A stretch of DNA of 64,000 bases. Source: a virus. Lineage: Duplodnaviria > Heunggongvirae > Uroviricota > Caudoviricetes. Within the stretch, counting starts at the first letter, position 1, and each line of letters opens with the position of its first letter. Made by a program: the position numbers and the translations under genes. Location: positions 12,922-76,921 of IMG/VR virus record IMGVR_UViG_3300028559_000023. One strand, 5' to 3'. The notes under the pieces are model-generated. The model was not told the origin of the DNA. It searched no databases and was given only the letters and a program-made list of their open reading frames with translations. This document shows positions 20,048 through 28,360 of the stretch, piece by piece.

Positions 20048-20590
20048 ATGAAATTCGAGAAAGTAACTGAGACTGCATACTACGCAGAAGACGGCTCACA
20101 CATTCTCAAAGAAGGCGACGAATGGGTAAAGCGAGACAGAAAGGGCAAACGCCTAGACTCAAGCAGCAATGCTGACATGTTACTGGGAGAAGTTGATTGG
20201 CGTGGTCGTGCGTATCCGTCTGTCAATCAGATCACGGTCAATGTCAACTCGAGTGTGACTTCGAAGAGTCTTGGACAGCTGCTTCGTGAAAAAATCTACG
20301 CCGACGAGGCTCAGCGAACGATCAAGATGTTCTTCAGGGATGTCCCTATTGGACAAACTTTCGTGGATGCCCACGGAAAAGTCTACGCGAAGGATGCAAC
20401 ATCGGCTAGCTGGGCACGTCGTTCACTTGACGGCGCAAACCGCCATTTTGCTCACGATGACGAAGTGGAACTCGTCGGATCCAGCACTCTAGTCAGTAAT
20501 TTCAATCAGGCTCCGGTCAAGTCCCACTTCTTCGCCGGTCCGCGACGTTACTTCAAGAGCGCTGTCGATATGTGTGTGAGGGCTTCATGA
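20048..20590 (+). CDS. hypothetical protein
   Basis: 180-aa ORF with a tight 3-nt gap from the upstream gene. Confidence 0.55.
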   Translation: MKFEKVTETAYYAEDGSHILKEGDEWVKRDRKGKRLDSSSNADMLLGEVDWRGRAYPSVNQITVNVNSSVTSKSLGQLLREKIYADEAQRTIKMFFRDVPIGQTFVDAHGKVYAKDATSASWARRSLDGANRHFAHDDEVELVGSSTLVSNFNQAPVKSHFFAGPRRYFKSAVDMCVRAS

Positions 20591-20946
20591 TGAAATGGCA
20601 GATTTGGTTTGCGTGGTACCCAGTGGCCTTCGGGCCGCATATTGCCTGGATGAAGTACGTCCAGCGTCGCAGAGACCTTGACGACGGTTCTTGGATCTAC
20701 AGGCGCGACATTTTTCCTTTGGACAGTCCTTCGTACCATTTCAGAAATCTTCCGTGCAGCGTAGTTCAAGACGAAGATCTTTGGTACGTTGCAGGGCACC
20801 TCTACAAGAATAATGAGATCACAATGTCCGGCATTCTTGAGTGGTGCACGAGTAAAGAAGACGCTGATGCAGTATGGCGTCGCATGGTAAACTCAGGCAC
20901 TGATTTCAGAAACCTCTACTTTGCAAAGTTTCTCGCAAATGACTAA
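20587..20946 (+). CDS. hypothetical protein
   Basis: ATGATG at 20587 overlaps the upstream TGA, with GAGGG 6 nt upstream. This is an in-frame later start of track ORF 20572. Confidence 0.5.
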   Translation: MMKWQIWFAWYPVAFGPHIAWMKYVQRRRDLDDGSWIYRRDIFPLDSPSYHFRNLPCSVVQDEDLWYVAGHLYKNNEITMSGILEWCTSKEDADAVWRRMVNSGTDFRNLYFAKFLAND

Positions 20947-21025
20947 ACCTACTCCCGCAGGCTGGTTCTGGCTGTGCTACACAGTCACAATCCTTTCAAT
21001 TCTCTCAACCATGGTGCAGTGGTGA
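20939..21025 (+). CDS. small hydrophobic peptide (28 aa, one predicted transmembrane segment)
   Basis: ATG at 20939 overlaps the upstream stop region. Product MTKPTPAGWFWLCYTVTILSILSTMVQW. Not in the track because it is under 60 aa. Confidence 0.3.
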   Translation: MTKPTPAGWFWLCYTVTILSILSTMVQW

Positions 21026-21152
21026 ACCAGATCAATTGGCTTAAAGAAATCGTCACATCTGACTCAAAGGATGACGAACCCTTCAATTCACCTTTCTTGT
21101 CTGCTTGGTTTTCGGACACCTCGATCTTAGATGCTGCTGACGCGCTAGGTGT

Positions 21153-21419
21153 GTGGTGCATGGGAGGTCCGCTTTGAGCTTCATTCAGAACGTATCCTTG
21201 GATGACATCGTAAAGGCCTGGCACTACGACCCTGGTGTTAACAGTATGTTGATACAGATCGTGGATGTCGAACGGCCGACTTTTCCGAAACCTTTGTATG
21301 TGTTTAAGGAGACGCATCAGTTTCGCTTCGACGACATCGATGAGGGCCTACAGCAATACGTCCAGGTCAGGCAGCGCAGATTGCCGATCTGCTACGAAAA
21401 GCTCTTGAACTACGAATGA
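21153..21419 (+). CDS. CX5R-family (tyrosine/dual-specificity-type) phosphatase, N-terminal part, upstream of a -1 frameshift
   Basis: GTG start. Contains the general-acid-like region FRFDDIDEG about 35 aa before the P-loop encoded in the next frame. Ends LPICYEKLLNYE with stop at 21417-21419. Confidence 0.45.
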   Translation: MVHGRSALSFIQNVSLDDIVKAWHYDPGVNSMLIQIVDVERPTFPKPLYVFKETHQFRFDDIDEGLQQYVQVRQRRLPICYEKLLNYE

Positions 21420-21574
21420 ACGTGATTGTCCATTGCGCGGCTGGTATTTGTAGGAGCGGTGCTGTAGTTGAAGCCGGCGTTGTTCTTGGCTTCGACGACA
21501 CACAGACAATGAGGATACCGAACACCCTTGTCAAGACATCAATCCTTGAACAACTAGGATTCAAACATCAATGA
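21416..21574 (+). CDS. CX5R phosphatase P-loop fragment (MNVIVHCAAGICRSGA...), in the -1 frame relative to 21153..21419
   Basis: HCxAGxxRSG is the signature active site of Cys-based protein/RNA phosphatases. The -1 frame is open from 21344 and encodes ...GQAAQIADLLRKALELRMNVIVHC. The overlap contains GAAAAG. Confidence 0.5.
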   Translation: MNVIVHCAAGICRSGAVVEAGVVLGFDDTQTMRIPNTLVKTSILEQLGFKHQ

Positions 21575-21873
21575 CCACCTTCGCCAATACTCTCAAAGCT
21601 GCAGCTAACCATCAGCTTGAGGACGGCCCTTATGAGACAGGCCATACCGGCAGAACACGCTACAGCTGCGTTGCAATACACTTTGAAGAAAGAAAACACA
21701 AGCTTGATATATCAGGTCCCTGCGAACTTTGGTATGCAGCCAACGCTTTCGGAGACCTGGATATCGATTGCGTACCCTCGCTGATCCGGTCTTCTTGTGG
21801 CGATGAAGCGCAGAATGTACGCTTTATGCTTTTGATGTTCATGTCCTATCTTGCCAAAGACTCGGGGTTGTGA
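21571..21873 (+). CDS. hypothetical protein
   Basis: ATGA overlap with the upstream gene. 100 aa. Confidence 0.5.
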   Translation: MTTFANTLKAAANHQLEDGPYETGHTGRTRYSCVAIHFEERKHKLDISGPCELWYAANAFGDLDIDCVPSLIRSSCGDEAQNVRFMLLMFMSYLAKDSGL

Positions 21874-22025
21874 TGCGTGAATTTCTTTTAGGGCTTGTGT
21901 GCTGTCTTGTTGCGTTCGCCATGGGGAGCTACATGGCAAGGACTAGAATAGAAAACGAGTGCAAAAACTTTGGGCTGTTCATAAGCGGCTCCAACAAATA
22001 CAGTTGCAAAACTGCGGAAAAATAG
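21873..22025 (+). CDS. small secreted/membrane peptide (50 aa) with an N-terminal signal-like segment
   Basis: ATG overlaps the upstream TGA. Product begins MREFLLGLVCCLVAFAMGSY... Not in the track. Confidence 0.35.
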   Translation: MREFLLGLVCCLVAFAMGSYMARTRIENECKNFGLFISGSNKYSCKTAEK

Positions 22026-22090
22026 CCATCCTATATGAAGAGCTCGAAAGAGTTACTTCTTAACCTACCAACCATCGAAGGAAACCTATC

Positions 22091-22489
22091 ATGCGTGAAA
22101 TTGCCATTTTTGCCGCGATCTGCCTGATCGCTTTGTTCTGCGCCGTTCTGTCGGTGTTCGGCCTCACCGTCGCCGCTTCTGCAGTCGCTGTTGCAGTTGC
22201 CGTTTCGGTGTTTGCTGGCGTGTTCGGTCAAGCTGTCAATCTCCTGTCTGTCGGCCTGTTGGCGATTTGGCGTGAGATTCTGTGGTTTCTGGAGCTGATG
22301 GGCGCACCCATTTTCTTCGGAATCTTGTTGCAGAAAATTGCAGTTGCCTACTTTGGTTACGGTGCCTTCGGTATCGCTTTCCTCAGCGGCTTCGGCTTGT
22401 TTCTGTTCAACGCAGCTGTCTACATTGTCATCTTCTGGGTGACCATGCGTCTCGTTCGTGAAGTTCAAATCATCGCAGCCAACGCCTAA
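22091..22489 (+). CDS. integral membrane protein (about 4 transmembrane segments)
   Basis: 132 aa, strongly hydrophobic throughout. A conserved leader AACCTACCAACCA lies 17 nt upstream of the ATG. Confidence 0.6.
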   Translation: MREIAIFAAICLIALFCAVLSVFGLTVAASAVAVAVAVSVFAGVFGQAVNLLSVGLLAIWREILWFLELMGAPIFFGILLQKIAVAYFGYGAFGIAFLSGFGLFLFNAAVYIVIFWVTMRLVREVQIIAANA

Positions 22490-22498
22490 GGAGGCAAT

Positions 22499-22720
22499 AT
22501 GCTCGCAATCATCTGGGTTACCATCGCTGCACTGTTGGCGATTGCTGCGCTCATAGTGGGCGCTTTTGAGAAAAACAAACTTCGGTTCCAAACCGAGTTC
22601 GCTGAAGAGCTTCGCAAAATGGAGGCTTGGGAAAAGGCCGGCGGTGTCTGGCTCACACTGCAAGAGAAGCACGCCGACGGGTGGCGCACTCAAGCTGTCT
22701 TGCAGGGGAGGCTGTCATGA
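22499..22720 (+). CDS. small membrane protein (1 transmembrane segment)
   Basis: RBS AAGGAGG upstream. N-terminal transmembrane segment IIWVTIAALLAIAALIVGAF. Confidence 0.55.
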   Translation: MLAIIWVTIAALLAIAALIVGAFEKNKLRFQTEFAEELRKMEAWEKAGGVWLTLQEKHADGWRTQAVLQGRLS

Positions 22721-23022
22721 GAAACCTCAGCAACATGCTTCGCTCAGCCAACAGCTTGCTTCGGCGGGCAAACGAAGCGTTAACCGAAGAGATTCGGAAA
22801 GCGCGCGACGAACACAAGAACAACAAAGAAGTTCTGAAGCTCATCGACGTCATCTGTATGCGACATCGACAGCATACGCTTCGCGAGACCACAGAGGCAA
22901 CACTTCGCAACCTGGTGAAAGAAGATCTCGACAACATCGTGGATCTTGTTGAGCTGGTGCTTCTGTGTACGACAACGCAGGCGCGGATGTTTGAGCTTGT
23001 GGCGCGCAACAAGGGCCGATAA
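22717..23022 (+). CDS. hypothetical protein
   Basis: ATGA overlap with the upstream gene; this is the in-frame later start of track ORF 22627. Its last 10 nt, including the stop codon, lie inside tRNA-Met. Confidence 0.45.
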   Translation: MRNLSNMLRSANSLLRRANEALTEEIRKARDEHKNNKEVLKLIDVICMRHRQHTLRETTEATLRNLVKEDLDNIVDLVELVLLCTTTQARMFELVARNKGR

Positions 23023-23089
23023 CTCAATAGGTTAGAGTAGCCGACTCATAATCGGTTAGTTACAGGTTCGAGTCCTGTTCGGCCCACCA
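23013..23089 (+). tRNA. tRNA-Met (anticodon CAT; elongator type or Ile2), CCA encoded
   Basis: Cloverleaf folded by hand. Acceptor GGGCCGA/TCGGCCC. D-stem ACTC/GAGT with GG in the loop. Anticodon loop CTCATAA. T-arm ACAGG-TTCGAGT-CCTGT. Discriminator A followed by CCA. Confidence 0.8.
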
Positions 23090-23312
23090 GTGTTCAGGTT
23101 AAGTGCACTACCTGCTGAAAAGGTGCAACGAAGCTTTAGCCTACCACGGGCTACTGCGGGTAAATAGTGGAGTGCTTGAGGTCATCCCTCTTACTCAAGC
23201 ATAAGGACAACAGAGGAACCCATCTGAAATATGGTGGGACCACTTAAGTGCCTTTAGCAGGGTATTTAAGTGGTCTTCTCAACAACCTACCAACCAACAC
23301 GAGGTAAACGAA

Positions 23313-23543
23313 ATGAAGTTCACACGCCATGCAGTTAAGGAAATCGATCAGCCGCGCTACATGTTGGCCGGTGAGAATGGACATGCAATGTGGGTTCTGG
23401 TACCCCTCAACGCGAGTTTGTTCAACACTGAGCAGGACGCTTTGAACGCCATTGAGATGTACCGGCGGATTGACTCACGCAGCTTCCAAGGCCGCAGCAT
23501 CGAAGTCGTCAAGCTCGAAATCGAAGTGAAGGTGATCGAATGA
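23313..23543 (+). CDS. hypothetical protein
   Basis: 76 aa. RBS GAGG upstream. The same AACCTACCAACCA leader lies 17 nt upstream of the ATG. Confidence 0.55.
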   Translation: MKFTRHAVKEIDQPRYMLAGENGHAMWVLVPLNASLFNTEQDALNAIEMYRRIDSRSFQGRSIEVVKLEIEVKVIE

Positions 23544-23767
23544 TCCAGTACTACGACTTCGCAATCCAGTTCACGGAAAGCACCTTCCTTGGCCTCGACA
23601 GTGGTTACAATCCGATTGAAGTTGACAGCATCAAGCACGCTTGTCGATTCGAGCGTTTTGAGTTGGCTGACAACTATCTCAAAAGCTGGCCGAAGGATCG
23701 TTTTCCAGCCTCTACAAGCATCGTGCGTGTGTACAACACCTCAGAGATCGTGAAACAGCGCGGTTGA
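23540..23767 (+). CDS. hypothetical protein
   Basis: ATGA overlap with the upstream gene. 75 aa. The 3' end overlaps the start of tRNA-Leu. Confidence 0.5.
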   Translation: MIQYYDFAIQFTESTFLGLDSGYNPIEVDSIKHACRFERFELADNYLKSWPKDRFPASTSIVRVYNTSEIVKQRG

Positions 23768-23842
23768 CGGAACCGGTAGACGTAGCGGGCTTAAAACCCG
23801 CAGCCGAAAGGCGTATGGGTTCGATTCCCATACCGCGCACCA
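23758..23842 (+). tRNA. tRNA-Leu (anticodon TAA), class II with long variable arm, CCA encoded
   Basis: Acceptor GCGCGGT/ACCGCGC. Anticodon stem GCGGG/CCCGC with loop CTTAAAA. Variable arm AGCCGAAAGGCGT. T-arm ATGGG-TTCGATT-CCCAT. Ends A + CCA. Confidence 0.75.
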
Positions 23843-23855
23843 CACAAGGACGACC

Positions 23856-23975
23856 ATGAAAACATTCTTGATGTTGATTCTGCTGGCGAGCCTCACAGCT
23901 TGCGGTGGAGGCGACCCTGAAGACGACGGCATGAAGACAATTCAGCCGATCACCTGTTCCAAGTGCACAACCTAG
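23856..23975 (+). CDS. small lipoprotein (39 aa; lipobox LTAC)
   Basis: Product MKTFLMLILLASLTACGGGDPEDDGMKTIQPITCSKCTT. RBS AAGGA 8 nt upstream. Classic signal peptidase II lipobox. Not in the track (under 60 aa). Confidence 0.5.
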   Translation: MKTFLMLILLASLTACGGGDPEDDGMKTIQPITCSKCTT

Positions 23976-23984
23976 GAGCCATCC

Positions 23985-24170
23985 ATGTGCGTACATCAGA
24001 AAGAAGTCAAAGGCGCGGTCGATCTGGCCGCTGAGAACCAAGCGCTGCGATCACAATCAGGCGCGCGGATGCGTGACATTGCAGCCGCTCGAAGCTCCCG
24101 TAGGCGTGCAGGGCTGCCTCGAAACAAGATGACGCATTCCGAACTCTGCCGTCGCGTCAACGGCAACTAA
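23985..24170 (+). CDS. hypothetical protein
   Basis: RBS AGGAG 6 nt upstream. 61 aa, Arg-rich. Confidence 0.45.
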   Translation: MCVHQKEVKGAVDLAAENQALRSQSGARMRDIAAARSSRRRAGLPRNKMTHSELCRRVNGN

Positions 24171-24219
24171 ACGTATCGGTGCTTACGATAAAGCACCACA
24201 TGCTCAACAAGGAGAAATC

Positions 24220-24504
24220 ATGAGCGCTCGCAAGCAAGTGGAAGTCAATTTCGGTCAGTTCTTGAGCGACCTGTCCGGCGAACAACAAGGCGTCAGCGCG
24301 GAAGTGCTGAAGGAGCTCCACAAGGAGTTCATCGACCGCAAGAAGGTCGAAGTCAAGCGCAGGCTCGAGAACATCTACGAACGCATGCAGCAGCACGTTG
24401 CCAGCCTGCGGCAAGTTCGTCGTCAGGAGAAGGCCATCCAGGTTGCCATGAAGGAACTGCAGGATGAGGCCAACAACGTTGTGAAGGGTCTCAGCACCGA
24501 CTGA
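24220..24504 (+). CDS. hypothetical coiled-coil protein
   Basis: RBS AAGGAG upstream. 94 aa, K/E/R-rich and helical. Confidence 0.55.
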   Translation: MSARKQVEVNFGQFLSDLSGEQQGVSAEVLKELHKEFIDRKKVEVKRRLENIYERMQQHVASLRQVRRQEKAIQVAMKELQDEANNVVKGLSTD

Positions 24505-24811
24505 ACGCGTATTACTGATGAGCCCTGCGTGAATGGGCGAAAAACGTCGTGAGACGTTTCTAATACTATTGTTAGTTTATATAGGGTGTAGCTTCGACCA
24601 TAAGTAGAATCTTTCGAAAGAGAGAATCTCAGTGTCTACGGCAGCCCAGACCCTTGAGGCGAATCAAGTACTCCCAGTGAGAGGCATCCCACCAAGCGTT
24701 ACGCGTTTCAGACAAATATACTTAAATGTTAGTATATTAGAGTCTTTCACGTGTGATGGTGGGCTCTGTCTTAAGAGCTTCTTAACGAGTTTTTAAGTCA
24801 GAAAGGCTTAT

Positions 24812-25168
24812 ATGCAAAGGCTTGATTTGAAAAGAATTGTGCTCGTGTCAAAGCGAGTGGCAATCTCGGTAGTTGTATTACTGAGTTTTTTGATGTTTCC
24901 CTTGTTCACACTAGGGTGCATCTCGTTCTACCTGTTTGTTCCAGTAACCTCCCAACTGAAAGTAGACATCATGCGAGTCGTCACATACGCAGCGTTTGCA
25001 GCCCTTGCAGTTCTTGCCGGGTTTGTGTTCGGTGCCCCTGGTTTCTTTGGTGTTCTTGCAGTCCCTGCTACAGCGATTTTCTGGTCCGTCCTTGCAGCCA
25101 TTGGCGGCGGCTTGATCGGGATTGGTCACACGCTGTATGCCAAGCTCCGCAAGCCTGCCACCGAGTGA
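24812..25168 (+). CDS. integral membrane protein (3-4 transmembrane segments)
   Basis: 118 aa with hydrophobic segments throughout. Follows a 307-nt AT-rich non-coding region. Confidence 0.55.
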   Translation: MQRLDLKRIVLVSKRVAISVVVLLSFLMFPLFTLGCISFYLFVPVTSQLKVDIMRVVTYAAFAALAVLAGFVFGAPGFFGVLAVPATAIFWSVLAAIGGGLIGIGHTLYAKLRKPATE

Positions 25169-25466
25169 TGTAGTTCGGATACACGGCTACTACTGCACGA
25201 AGAAAGAAGGCTTCTCAAAAGCCAGACGTTACCTCGACGATCGTGAGTTCATCTTTACGGTCAGAGAGTTCAAGCTTAGTGCAGTAGAGCCTGTGATCTT
25301 CGAAGAGTCCTACTACTTCGGCTCGCTGCTGAATCCGATACCTGTCGTTCCATTCGTAGATATCTTCGGGTCGCCTGTCCCTTTCTTTGTGAAAAAAGAC
25401 AGTGCAAGAAAATTACGTTTGTTGCTATCAGGTTTCGCCGGCGCGAGATCTGTGAATCGCGTCTAA
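25122..25466 (+). CDS. hypothetical protein
   Basis: 114 aa. Overlaps the upstream gene by 47 nt in another frame, with no alternative in-frame start. Followed by a strong terminator. Confidence 0.35.
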   Translation: MVTRCMPSSASLPPSDVVRIHGYYCTKKEGFSKARRYLDDREFIFTVREFKLSAVEPVIFEESYYFGSLLNPIPVVPFVDIFGSPVPFFVKKDSARKLRLLLSGFAGARSVNRV

Positions 25467-25470
25467 GCCA

Positions 25471-25515
25471 CTCAGCCTTCGGGCTGGGTGGTTGTAGTCC
25501 CTCTTTTTTTTTTTT
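25471..25515 (+). terminator. intrinsic terminator (hairpin with UUCG loop plus a 12-T run)
   Basis: CTCAGCC-TTCG-GGCTGGG stem at 25471-25488. T12 at 25504-25515. Confidence 0.7.
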
Positions 25516-25532
25516 CGCTGGAAGGAGGTCGT

Positions 25533-25694
25533 ATGTCTAAAGAACTCATAAAAATAGAGCTTGCTCACTTCATACTCCTTCTGGTTGCTATCTTTCTATT
25601 TTTCCAACTATCGCCTGGTGCTTGTCTGCTGCTGTCTGCCTTGATCTACGTTGTTCAAAAAGGTAAGTTAAAGGAGCTCGGCATCTATGACTAG
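25533..25694 (+). CDS. small membrane protein (53 aa)
   Basis: ATG at 25533 with GGAGG 5 nt upstream; this is the in-frame later start of track ORF 25488. Product MSKELIKIELAHFILLLVAIFLFFQLSPGACLLLSALIYVV... Confidence 0.5.
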   Translation: MSKELIKIELAHFILLLVAIFLFFQLSPGACLLLSALIYVVQKGKLKELGIYD

Positions 25695-25756
25695 GTTTTT
25701 AATTGGATTTTGGATAATTTATTTAATCCCTTACATACTGGCGAAGCTACCGAAAC

Positions 25757-28009
25757 ATGTCAGTAAAACTAACTAAATCGATAATTGTAGCATCCATAAC
25801 TAATCGACTTGCCAACGAAATAGCACCACAGAACCCTGTGTCTTTTTTACTAAAGCACACTGTGGATGACTACTACTCAGAACTCATAAGTACGCTGTAC
25901 CTGTACACAAGGCCCAAAAAGGGTGCCAAGTCGCAGAACATTTACTTCTCAGAGCTTATATCAGCTTTAGGCCACACAATACGCTCCAAACTAGGCCATC
26001 GTAAAGACTCGGCTGTTGCTGCAAAAACCGGAGCGTTTCTGTTGTATACGTTCCAGACCTTGGGCGTTCTAGAGTTGGTGGTCGTTGCAGGAAAATCACA
26101 TGCAACTTATGCAATAGTTGTTAAAGATGAAGAAGCAATTGCTGCAATATGGAGCACACTGTCTTTTGAAAAGGTTAGAAAGCTCCCCACACTTTCAAAG
26201 CCTTCAGATTGGGTCGGTACTAGACATCCTTCCGGTGTCATGATCGTGAAGACAGGTAGCTCAGAGGTGCTCAAGTCCTTGAGCCCTTCCAATCAGCCAA
26301 TGGTGTTTGAGTCTCTCAACAGATCACAACGTATCGGTTGGAATGTAAATAGCGAGTTGCTCACTGTTGCAGCCTGGGCCTTGAAGAATCGTACTGACGC
26401 TTTTGCGGATATCTGGGAGCAGGTCAACCCAGAAGCCAGGGCCACAAAAGTCAGAGAAGCAAAAGCTATCACTGACATGGGCAAACGGCTACTCAACAAA
26501 ACTTTTTACCATGTCTATTACTACGACTTTCGTGGTCGTAAGTACCCATCATCAGCCTATCTACACGAGCAAGGTTCTGACTTATCAAAAGGCCTATTGT
26601 TGCGAGCCGAAAGGAAACCGATAGGTGCAAGAGGCTATTGGTGGTTAATGGTCACTATCGCGTCGGAGTGGGCGGGTGATGCAGATAGATCTGACGGTCT
26701 TAAGACTGACAAGATACCTCTACAAAACCGATTTGAGTGGGCTGAGCGTCATGAAGATCTTTTGCTGTCTTATGCTGAAGCGCCGAAGATAAACACTGGA
26801 TGGATGTCTGCAGAAAATCCATGGAGATTCCTGGCTGGCTGTATTGAGCTTAAAAATCTACGAGTGTGGCAGTTCAACAACAACGATTTCAACAGCTACG
26901 GCTATCAATCTGGGTACTTGGGTTTCATAGACGGATCCAACAATGGTTGCCAACACCTTGCTGCTCTTACGCGAGACGAGGTTACGGCCGTACATGTGAA
27001 CCTTGTCAAACAGGAATACCCCGGTGATTTGTATCGTTATGTGGCTTCAAGCGTGTGGGAGAGCGTCAACGCTGAAGTGTCAAGGCTGCCAGCTGATGTA
27101 GTTGCACGCGCAGACGCTTTTATTGATGACCTGATGACTCTTAAACGCGAGATATCGGCGAAAGAATTCTCTGACGAGACAAGAGCGCCACTGGTAAACG
27201 CTCTGTTAGCGCTTAAGAACTCCAATCCTGATATCGATGTTATTACACCACAAGTCTTCTGGCGTCGCGTAGATAGCGCCAAAGAGAGGCGCAAGATTGT
27301 CAAACGAAACGTGATGACACTACCGTACGGAGGTACGCCATACGGTCTTGGAGAGCAGCAGATAAGTGACGCAAAGAAACATGGCATTGCGCTTCTGCTT
27401 CATATGCAACATCGATGGGCTGCTTTTATGGGGCGTCGTGTGTACGAAGACTGCAAGGTTTCTCTTAAGCGCCCTATGCAGCTTCTTAGCCTGTTTGAAG
27501 ACGCAGGCAGAAAGGCCGAGGAAGAAGGTCGCTTTCTTAGCTGGGTGGTCCCTATAACAAAGTTTCCCGTAGTTCAGAATTACACATCTGGAAAGATAAA
27601 GAAGATCTATGTGCAGTACGGTCCTCCAGTCGGTGCCAGAAAGAGTACTGGTTACTATGAGAACACACTGCAGATAAATATTTGTTTTATCGAAGATGTC
27701 GAGCCAACTAAGGGTAAACAAATTCAAGGCGCCAGTCCTAATGCAATCCACTCTCTAGACGCTGCTCATGTTGCCATAACCGTGTGCAATACTGACGCAG
27801 ATATCACTACTATCCACGACAGCTTTGGCGCTCTCCTTTCAGATATGGATGAGCTTTTTGTGTCTGTTAGAAAGTCATTTGTACAACTCTACAATGTAAA
27901 CCCTCTTAAGCAACTATTTGATGACATCGGCGCTGACATGTCAAATGTTTCATTTGGAAACTTGGACGTCTCAGCTATACTTGAATCTGAATACGCATTT
28001 AGCCCATGA
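25757..28009 (+). CDS. single-subunit DNA-directed RNA polymerase (T7-like), compact 750-aa form
   Basis: Carries ...IDGSNNGCQHLAALTRD... (compare T7 DGSCSGIQHFSAMLRD), ...HSLDAAHV... and ...IHDSFGALL... (T7 HDSFGT). Confidence 0.85.
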   Translation: MSVKLTKSIIVASITNRLANEIAPQNPVSFLLKHTVDDYYSELISTLYLYTRPKKGAKSQNIYFSELISALGHTIRSKLGHRKDSAVAAKTGAFLLYTFQTLGVLELVVVAGKSHATYAIVVKDEEAIAAIWSTLSFEKVRKLPTLSKPSDWVGTRHPSGVMIVKTGSSEVLKSLSPSNQPMVFESLNRSQRIGWNVNSELLTVAAWALKNRTDAFADIWEQVNPEARATKVREAKAITDMGKRLLNKTFYHVYYYDFRGRKYPSSAYLHEQGSDLSKGLLLRAERKPIGARGYWWLMVTIASEWAGDADRSDGLKTDKIPLQNRFEWAERHEDLLLSYAEAPKINTGWMSAENPWRFLAGCIELKNLRVWQFNNNDFNSYGYQSGYLGFIDGSNNGCQHLAALTRDEVTAVHVNLVKQEYPGDLYRYVASSVWESVNAEVSRLPADVVARADAFIDDLMTLKREISAKEFSDETRAPLVNALLALKNSNPDIDVITPQVFWRRVDSAKERRKIVKRNVMTLPYGGTPYGLGEQQISDAKKHGIALLLHMQHRWAAFMGRRVYEDCKVSLKRPMQLLSLFEDAGRKAEEEGRFLSWVVPITKFPVVQNYTSGKIKKIYVQYGPPVGARKSTGYYENTLQINICFIEDVEPTKGKQIQGASPNAIHSLDAAHVAITVCNTDADITTIHDSFGALLSDMDELFVSVRKSFVQLYNVNPLKQLFDDIGADMSNVSFGNLDVSAILESEYAFSP

Positions 28010-28347
28010 CTGAAAACTCAACTGGCCGTTCTAATCATCGTCTCGATATCCGTAAAGCTATGCTTGTGGCTGCGCTTGTGGAGAAGGAGTTTGTTGAAAA
28101 GTGTATAAGCGATGATGAGTTTGCGAAATACGCTGAGAAGACGCTTAACTTCAAAATCACTGCAGGAAACATTCGCGGTCTTCGGGAGTCGCTTAATGTA
28201 CCGTCAATGACTGACATTGTCAGGTCGAAGAAGGAGCTGACACAGCTAGAACGCCTTACACAACTTGAGGCGAGCTTCTCGGAACTTCAACGCAAGTTCA
28301 GCAAGCTTGTGGAACAACTTGGAGGAGTTTCTCTTGAAGATCTTTGA
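28006..28347 (+). CDS. hypothetical protein
   Basis: ATGA overlap with the RNAP stop. 113 aa. Confidence 0.55.
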   Translation: MTENSTGRSNHRLDIRKAMLVAALVEKEFVEKCISDDEFAKYAEKTLNFKITAGNIRGLRESLNVPSMTDIVRSKKELTQLERLTQLEASFSELQRKFSKLVEQLGGVSLEDL

Positions 28348-28360
28348 CACACTTGAGGAA

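Noticed and set aside
20974-21177. 67-aa GTG-start ORF between the 28-aa peptide gene and the phosphatase fragment
   Set aside because: It has only a GTG start and a weak context. It overlaps both neighbours and may be part of the decayed or frameshifted phosphatase locus rather than an independent gene.
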